A DNA stretch of 63,028 nucleotides, from the NCBI GenBank assembly GCA_043800335.1, contig JAZDNC010000049.1, positions 1 to 63,028 of the forward strand, in the 5' to 3' direction. The notes beneath the pieces are model-generated. The model was not told the DNA's origin. It saw only the letters and a program-made list of their open reading frames with translations, and did no database searches. The translations under genes were made by a program, and so were the position numbers. The DNA comes from Chloroflexota bacterium. Lineage in GTDB: Bacteria; Chloroflexota; Dehalococcoidia; Dehalococcoidales; JAZDNC01. Numbering within the stretch: the first letter of the stretch is position 1; the number at the start of each line of letters is the position of its first letter. This document shows positions 57,740-63,028 of this stretch, piece after piece.

Positions 57740-58234
57740 ATGCTGACCGGAAGAGCTTTTAAATTCGGCGATGATATCTCGACTGACCTCATCATTCCCG
57801 GGAAATACGCCCAGATTCGGAGCAATCTCCCCGAGCTTGCCAAGCACGTTATGGAGGACGCCGACCCTACCTTCGTCAAGAAGGTAAAGGAGGGAGACTT
57901 TATCGTGGGTGGCAAGAACTTCGGGCTTGGCTCATCCCGCGAGCACGCGCCTCTCGTCATCAAAATGGCAGGGGTTAAAGCCATCCTCGCCAAGTCCGTC
58001 GCCCGCATCTTTTTCCGTAACGCCATCAATCTGGGGCTTCCCGTTCTTATCTGTGATACGGATAAGATTAAAGACGGCGATACGCTTGAGGTTGACCTGA
58101 AAGCAGGCAAAATCAAGGACAAGACCAATGGCGCTGAGCTTACTTTCGGCAAGATTCCCGATGTCATGCTCCGCATCCTTAATGATGGCGGGCTTCTGCC
58201 GTATCTTGAGAAATACGGGGATATTAAAGTCTAA
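57740..58234 (+). CDS. leuD: Aconitase-superfamily dehydratase small subunit
   Basis: GDDISTD.IIPG, GKNFG.GSSREHA. Confidence 0.85.
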   Translation: MLTGRAFKFGDDISTDLIIPGKYAQIRSNLPELAKHVMEDADPTFVKKVKEGDFIVGGKNFGLGSSREHAPLVIKMAGVKAILAKSVARIFFRNAINLGLPVLICDTDKIKDGDTLEVDLKAGKIKDKTNGAELTFGKIPDVMLRILNDGGLLPYLEKYGDIKV

Positions 58235-58290
58235 AGACGAAACACGTGTGTAACAGGATTATGGTAATAATCTCACTCAGGAGGCGCTAG

Positions 58291-59370
58291 ATGCCCTACA
58301 GAGTTACGCTCCTACCCGGTGACGGTATCGGTCCCGAGGTAACCGAGGCGACGCTACGGGTGCTTGATGCCACCGGCGTCAAGTTCAGCTGGGATACTTT
58401 TGAGGTGGGGGAATCTGCCCTCAAGAAGTACAAGACCCCACTGCCTGACGTGGTTCTGGAGTCAATCAGGAAAAACAAGGTCGGACTGAAGGGTCCGGTG
58501 ACCACGCCCGTCGGCTATGGCTTCAGGAGCGTCAACGTGGCTATTCGTAAAGCCCTAAATCTCTACGCCTGCCTCCGCCCCTGCAAGAATTATGCCGGTA
58601 TCGCCTCTCTCTATAGTGGCATCGACATGGTTATCGTCCGCGAGAACATGGAGGATACCTACGCCGGGGTGGAGTTTGAAAAGGGGAAACCGGAGACTTT
58701 AAAGCTTATCAAGTATATCCACGACTCCGGTGCCGGCGAGCTTCCCGCCGACTCGGGCATCAGCATCAAGATGATTTCCGAGACGGGAAGCCGCCGCGTC
58801 ATCAAGTTCGCCTTTGACTATGCCAGAGCCAACGGGCGGAAGAAGGTCACCCTCATCCACAAGGCGAACATCATGAAGTTCACCGACGGGCTCTTCCTCG
58901 CCGTGGGCAGGGATGTGGCAAAGGCGTATCCGGGGATAGAGTTCCAGGACTTAATCTCCGATAACGTGAACGCACAGCTTATTCTGCGTCCCCAGCAGTT
59001 TGAGGTTATCGTGGCGCCGAATCTTTTCGGCGACCTTATCTCTGACCTCTGCGCCGCCCTCGTCGGGGGACTCGGGGTTGCCCCGGGGGCTAATCTGGGG
59101 GACGAGCTGGCGGTATTTGAAGCCACCCACGGCAGCGCCCCGGACATCGCCGGGCAGAACAAGGCTAACCCCATGGCGCTTATGCTCACCAGCGTCATGA
59201 TGCTGAGGCACCTGGGGGAGAAAGCCGCCGCCGACAGGCTGGAGAAAGCCATCACCGCGGTCATCGCCGAGGGCAAGTATGTCACTGCCGACCTCAAGAC
59301 GAAAGATAAGGCTTCAGCCGTCGGCACCTCTCAGGTGGCGGATGCTATTATAAAGAGGCTTAAAGCATAG
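58291..59370 (+). CDS. Isocitrate/isopropylmalate dehydrogenase family, IDH-type substrate motif
   Basis: LPGDGIGPEV; GFRSVNVAIRKALNLYACLRP (S-x-N as in isocitrate DH; not seen in my recollection of E. coli LeuB); NLFGDL.SD. Confidence 0.8.
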   Translation: MPYRVTLLPGDGIGPEVTEATLRVLDATGVKFSWDTFEVGESALKKYKTPLPDVVLESIRKNKVGLKGPVTTPVGYGFRSVNVAIRKALNLYACLRPCKNYAGIASLYSGIDMVIVRENMEDTYAGVEFEKGKPETLKLIKYIHDSGAGELPADSGISIKMISETGSRRVIKFAFDYARANGRKKVTLIHKANIMKFTDGLFLAVGRDVAKAYPGIEFQDLISDNVNAQLILRPQQFEVIVAPNLFGDLISDLCAALVGGLGVAPGANLGDELAVFEATHGSAPDIAGQNKANPMALMLTSVMMLRHLGEKAAADRLEKAITAVIAEGKYVTADLKTKDKASAVGTSQVADAIIKRLKA

Positions 59371-59422
59371 AAATCGGAATCAATGTCAGCTTTGCTGACC
59401 TGGAATAGCGGGAGAGGAAACA

Positions 59423-60661
59423 ATGGGTAAGATTTACTTTATTGATGTCACCAACCGTGACGGCGTTCAGACCGCCAAGCTGGGACTCGCCAAGCTGGAG
59501 AAGACCATGATTAACCTGTATCTCAACGAGATGGGCGTCTTCCAGTCCGAGTTCGGCTTCCCGACGACGAGGCACGAGACCAACTACCTCAAAGCCAACC
59601 TGGAGCTGGCGAAGATGGGAGTCTTGAGCCCGATGCGTCTCGAGGGCTGGATACGCGGCATCCCCGAGGACGTTGAGCTCACCTTCAAGCTCGTCCCGGA
59701 GCTGGAGCACCTGAACCTCTCGGTCTCCACCTCCGAACAGATGATTAACGGTAAGTACCAGGGGAGAAGAAAAAAAGAGGACATCACCAACGAGATGGTG
59801 GAAGCCCTGAAGCTCGCCAAGAAGTACGGGGCTAAGACTGTCGGGGTCAACTCCGAAGACGCCTCCCGGACCGACCTGGACTTCCTACTTAAGTTCGGTA
59901 TGGCCGCCAAGATGAATGGGGCAGACCGCTTCCGCTACTGCGACACCCTGGGTTATGATAACCCTTTTACCATTTACGAGTCGTCTAAAGCCCTGGCCCA
60001 GTGGATTGAGCTGCCCATCGAGCTTCACTGCCACGGCGACCTGGGCATGGCGGTGGCTAACTCCCTCGCCGGCGCCAAGGGCGCTATTGACGGCGGGCAG
60101 GACGCCTATATCAACACCACGGTGAACGGCATCGGAGAGAGAGCCGGCAATGCCGACCTGGTCGCCACAGTCCTGGCAGTAGTCAAGTCAAAGAACTTCG
60201 CCGGCAAGTACGAGCTGGGGCAGCCGATTGACCTCTCCAAGTCACACAAGATAAGTCATTTTGCCAGCGATGCCTTCGGTGTGCCCATTCCCATCAACCA
60301 GCCCGGCGTCGGCGCTAACGCCTTCGCCCATGCCTCCGGCATCCACGCCGACGGGGTACTGAAAGATGTCCATAACTACGAGCTTTATGGCTTCGAGGAG
60401 CTGGGACGCGGCGAACCAATCAGGGTAGAGACGGGAAGACAGATAATCTCCGGTGAATACAGCGGTATCTCCGGCTTCAGGCACATCATGGGCAAGAGGT
60501 CGGTCGAGTTTGCCGATGCCACAGAGGCGGAGACGGGTCTGGAGCGGGCGCGCTATGCCACCGTCGAGTCCCAGAGCCCGCTGGTGGAGGATGAGCTGGT
60601 CTTTATTTGCAAGTATCCCCAGATTGTCAGGAAGCTCCTGACGCTAACCCCGCTAGATTAG
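59423..60661 (+). CDS. Homocitrate/2-isopropylmalate/Re-citrate synthase family (DRE-TIM), no LeuA regulatory domain
   Basis: DVTNRDGVQ, HCHGDLGMAVAN, H.SGIH.DG. 412 aa. Confidence 0.8.
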   Translation: MGKIYFIDVTNRDGVQTAKLGLAKLEKTMINLYLNEMGVFQSEFGFPTTRHETNYLKANLELAKMGVLSPMRLEGWIRGIPEDVELTFKLVPELEHLNLSVSTSEQMINGKYQGRRKKEDITNEMVEALKLAKKYGAKTVGVNSEDASRTDLDFLLKFGMAAKMNGADRFRYCDTLGYDNPFTIYESSKALAQWIELPIELHCHGDLGMAVANSLAGAKGAIDGGQDAYINTTVNGIGERAGNADLVATVLAVVKSKNFAGKYELGQPIDLSKSHKISHFASDAFGVPIPINQPGVGANAFAHASGIHADGVLKDVHNYELYGFEELGRGEPIRVETGRQIISGEYSGISGFRHIMGKRSVEFADATEAETGLERARYATVESQSPLVEDELVFICKYPQIVRKLLTLTPLD

Positions 60662-60681
60662 TTTTAGGCGCATCCAGAATC

Positions 60682-60714
60682 AGGGCAGGAGTTAAACCTC
60701 CTGCCCTCTTTGTT
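60682..60714 (+). terminator. Intrinsic terminator
   Basis: Perfect 10-bp stem agggcaggag / ctcctgccct, 6-nt loop, then CTTTGTT. Confidence 0.75.
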
Positions 60715-60719
60715 ATAAT
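60711..60719 (+). promoter_or_regulatory. Extended -10 element (TGtTATAAT)
   Basis: 19 nt upstream of ATG 60738, with an AGGAGG SD in between. Confidence 0.45.
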
Positions 60720-60737
60720 GAATCCAGGAGGTGCTCT

Positions 60738-60986
60738 ATGTTTCTGGCAGCACAAATTAGCCTGTATCCCCTGCGTCAAACGCACTTTACCCCCGGGATA
60801 AAGCGGGCACAGGAAATCTTTGAGAAACACGGACTCACCGTTGAGGTGGGAGCGATGAGCAGCGTGCTTTCTGGAGAGTCGGAGGCTCTTTTTAGTGCCC
60901 TGAGAGAGGTCTTCGAGACGCTGGCGGAGAGCGGTGAGCTGGTCATGATGACGACCTTCTCCAACGCCTGCCCCGTCGGCAGATAA
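60738..60986 (+). CDS. YkoF-related small protein (ACT-like fold, thiamine/HMP-binding family)
   Basis: 82 aa. AQISLYPL...G..VEVG.MSS.L.GE. Confidence 0.5.
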   Translation: MFLAAQISLYPLRQTHFTPGIKRAQEIFEKHGLTVEVGAMSSVLSGESEALFSALREVFETLAESGELVMMTTFSNACPVGR

Positions 60987-60990
60987 AACA

Positions 60991-61019
60991 AACCGAAGCG
61001 GAGTAAGTCCGCTTCGGTT
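60991..61019. terminator. Bidirectional hairpin between convergent genes
   Basis: Perfect 12-bp stem aaccgaagcgga / tccgcttcggtt with loop gtaag. Confidence 0.65.
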
Positions 61020-61047
61020 GCTTCGTTCCAGAATAAGTCAGGCTAGT

Positions 61048-61272
61048 CTACGCTACGGAGACCACCTGCTTGACCTCGGGCACTTCCTTCTTGAGCACCT
61101 GCTCAATACCCCTCTTCAGGGTTAAAGTTGCCATTGGTCAGCCGCCGCAGGCACCGGTAAGTCTGACCTTGACCGTGCCTTTCTCGTCCACCCCGACAAG
61201 CTCGACATCACCCCCATCCTGCTGGAGGGCAGGTCTTATCTTGGCGAGCGCCGCCTCAACCTTTTCCTTCAT
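61048..61272 (-). CDS. Nfu/NifU-C-terminal-domain Fe-S scaffold protein with in-frame TGA at the second Cys of CxxC (selenocysteine candidate, nonsense allele or base-call error)
   Basis: Hand translation: [44 protein letters not shown][TGA][36 protein letters not shown] 7 nt before ATG 61272. TGA at 61138-61140. Confidence 0.7.
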
Positions 61273-61437
61273 AATCTTTCTCCTTTCGGACTGACTTGAA
61301 ACGTTGTCCGTTCCATGAAATATTACTGTCTAACTCTTATTTTACATGTTTTCTACTACAAAGCGCAACTATAAAGATTAGGCTACCTTGGCTTTTAGTC
61401 GGCGACGCGAGGAGTGAGAGAGTCCTGACAGCCCGAA

Positions 61438-61845
61438 TTAGTTGCCCCGTGGGCGTTTCTGGTTTGGGGCAACTGTTTTCGCGATGTTCTTTAAGAGAAT
61501 AAGTATGTTGACGGCAGCCCGCTGGATTTCTGGCGGTTCCTGGGCAAGGGTGCGGGCGACCCAGGGGTCGAGCTGTCTGCTCCCGAAATAAGACGGCGTT
61601 CTCTCCGCTACCCCCGATGGTGTGGGCAGATACCCCGCCAGGGTGAAAAGCTCGTTCACGTCAAAACCGAGTGGTCGGGCAATCTTTTTCAGGGTCTGTC
61701 CCGAGGGCGAGCGCTCCCCCCGCTCAATCCGTCCCAAATATGATGCGGAAGCGCCTGAGGCTTTCGCCAGTTCTCTTATCGTAAGCGACAGGGCGATACG
61801 CTGGTTTCTGATTAGCTGGGCTAAATCCCTTTTCATTGCCGGCAT
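61438..61845 (-). CDS. XRE-family helix-turn-helix transcriptional regulator
   Basis: LTIRELAKASGASASYLGRIERGERSPSGQTLKKIA. Confidence 0.8.
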   Translation of the reverse strand: MPAMKRDLAQLIRNQRIALSLTIRELAKASGASASYLGRIERGERSPSGQTLKKIARPLGFDVNELFTLAGYLPTPSGVAERTPSYFGSRQLDPWVARTLAQEPPEIQRAAVNILILLKNIAKTVAPNQKRPRGN

Positions 61846-61908
61846 TTGACGCCAGTCTAACAGATAAAAAAGCGATTGGCAAGCCGCCAGTGTGACTATT
61901 CAGCCGCG

Positions 61909-63028
61909 CTAAGTCAGTCCCATCGGGTCAACGTCAACCGACCAGCCCCTACCCAGATTTAATTGGGATAAAAAGTCCGGTACCTCGGGACTGCGCAGGG
62001 TGAGTTGCCAGTGGTAGCGCCCCCGGAGCCGCGGGATGAAGGCGGGTGCGGGCCCGATTAGCCTGAGCTCTGGGATGCCTCTCGCGTCCCTTTCCTCAAG
62101 TATCCTGCGTTTAAGTCTCTCCGCCTCCCGGCGAGCGATAGCCCCGCTCTGGTGGACGTAGCTGAAGGTTACAAGGTGGCTGAATGGGGGATTGCCCAGC
62201 CTTAGACGGTAGTTAATCTCCCTCTCGTAGAAAGCCTGATAGTTGTGGCCTACCGCCGTGCTTATGGCGTAGTGCCTCGGGGCGTAGCTCTGGATGACGA
62301 CCTCCCCGCTGAGCTCCCCCCGTCCCGCCCGCCCGGCGACCTGACACAGAAGCTGGAATGTTCTTTCTCCGGCGCGGAAATCTGGGAGATTCAAGGCTGA
62401 GTCGGCACTGACCACCCCGACCAGGGTCACCCCGGGCAAGTCCAGTCCGCTCGCCACCATCTGTGTCCCGATGAGGATGTCGGCTTCATGGTTGCGGAAC
62501 TTAGCCAGTATCTCCTCATGCGCATATCTGCCCTTCACGGTGTCACTGTCCCAGCGCAGGACGCGGGCTTGGGGAAAACTAGACCTTACCTCCTCTTCCA
62601 GCTTCTGGATGCCTGTCCCCAGAAAGCTCAGGTGGGGGCTATGGCACTCGGGGCAGAGTAGGGGCACCTGAGCACGGTAGCTACACTGGTGACAGATGAG
62701 GCTATTTTCAGCCAGATGATAGTTTAATGCTACCTGACATCTCGGACAGCGGAAGACGCGCCCGCAGTGCCGGCACTGGATAAAGGTGGCAGCCCCCCGC
62801 CGGTTGAGGAAGAATATTACCTGTTCCCCGCCCCTCAGAGCGCGAGCGGTCTTCTCTTTGAGAACGCGACTCAAAAGGCTAAGGTTTCCCGCCCGGAGTT
62901 CCTCTCTCAGGTCGACGATACTCACCTCCGGCATTGCCGAGTGCGGGCTCACCCTCTCCGGCAGGGCGAGCAGCTGGTAACGTCCCCGCTTAGCCTGATA
63001 GAAGGTAGCCACATCCGGGGTGGCACTG
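61909..63028 (-). CDS. priA: Primosomal protein N' (PriA helicase), C-terminal part; N-terminus outside window
   Basis: Zn-finger region CRHCG...CPRC...CHQC...CPEC, helicase C-terminal motifs GTQM...G.D, QV.GRAGR. The frame stays open to the window edge. Confidence 0.88.
   Translation of the reverse strand, partial: SATPDVATFYQAKRGRYQLLALPERVSPHSAMPEVSIVDLREELRAGNLSLLSRVLKEKTARALRGGEQVIFFLNRRGAATFIQCRHCGRVFRCPRCQVALNYHLAENSLICHQCSYRAQVPLLCPECHSPHLSFLGTGIQKLEEEVRSSFPQARVLRWDSDTVKGRYAHEEILAKFRNHEADILIGTQMVASGLDLPGVTLVGVVSADSALNLPDFRAGERTFQLLCQVAGRAGRGELSGEVVIQSYAPRHYAISTAVGHNYQAFYEREINYRLRLGNPPFSHLVTFSYVHQSGAIARREAERLKRRILEERDARGIPELRLIGPAPAFIPRLRGRYHWQLTLRSPEVPDFLSQLNLGRGWSVDVDPMGLT

Noticed and set aside
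61070-61294. 74-aa plus-strand ORF from the track
   Set aside because: It is antisense to the Nfu-type gene, whose minus-strand translation matches a well-known domain along its whole length.

Overview
A 63-kb bacterial chromosomal window, fairly GC-rich and made up mostly of core housekeeping genes. All product calls come from motif and family recognition by eye; no searches were run. Gene content and order suggest a Chloroflexota/Dehalococcoidia-like organism, but that is unverified.

Layout:
- 1-0.5 kb: the 3' part of a tyrosine integrase facing an initiator tRNA-Met.
- 1.2-4.1 kb: a tightly overlapping operon of a Fur-family regulator, a membrane protein, an MBL hydrolase and pyrD.
- 5.4-7.0 kb: an AT-richer patch with a membrane-anchored transglutaminase-like protein and a DUF4258/DUF2283 toxin-antitoxin pair, bracketed by a truncated and an intact copy of tRNA-Ser(GCU).
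- 7-12 kb: miaB, yajC and dtd.
- 12.3-32.0 kb: a complete, contiguous str-S10-spc-alpha ribosomal supercluster (rpsL to rpsI, including secY, adk, map, infA, rpmJ, rpoA, truA) with no tuf gene.
- 32-46 kb: a long minus-strand block containing a SAM/methionine-cycle cluster (metK, ahcY, a MetE-core-like methyltransferase, mtnP, mtnA). An AT-rich two-gene cassette (PD-(D/E)xK nuclease-like protein plus a 70-aa protein) interrupts it, and a TldD-PmbA-PAC2-HEAT-GNAT operon sits upstream.
- 47-53 kb: guaB3-like, endonuclease IV-like, rsfS, ndk, tsaB, tsaE and thiL.
- 53.3-54.5 kb: an AT-rich segment with an orphan SAM methyltransferase.
- 54.8-61 kb: an MFS transporter, then an aconitase-type dehydratase / IDH-type dehydrogenase / homocitrate-synthase-family cluster.
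- 61-63 kb: an Nfu-type gene split by an in-frame TGA, an XRE regulator and partial priA.

Most notable observations:
1. The Nfu-type Fe-S scaffold gene has TGA exactly at the second Cys of its CxxC motif, making it a selenocysteine candidate. The ORF track misses it.
2. The AT-rich nuclease-like two-gene cassette sits inside the methionine-salvage locus.
3. The toxin-antitoxin module is captured between duplicated tRNA-Ser 5' halves.
4. A modular, sometimes nested family of short palindromic repeats fills at least eleven intergenic regions and produces many spurious ORFs.
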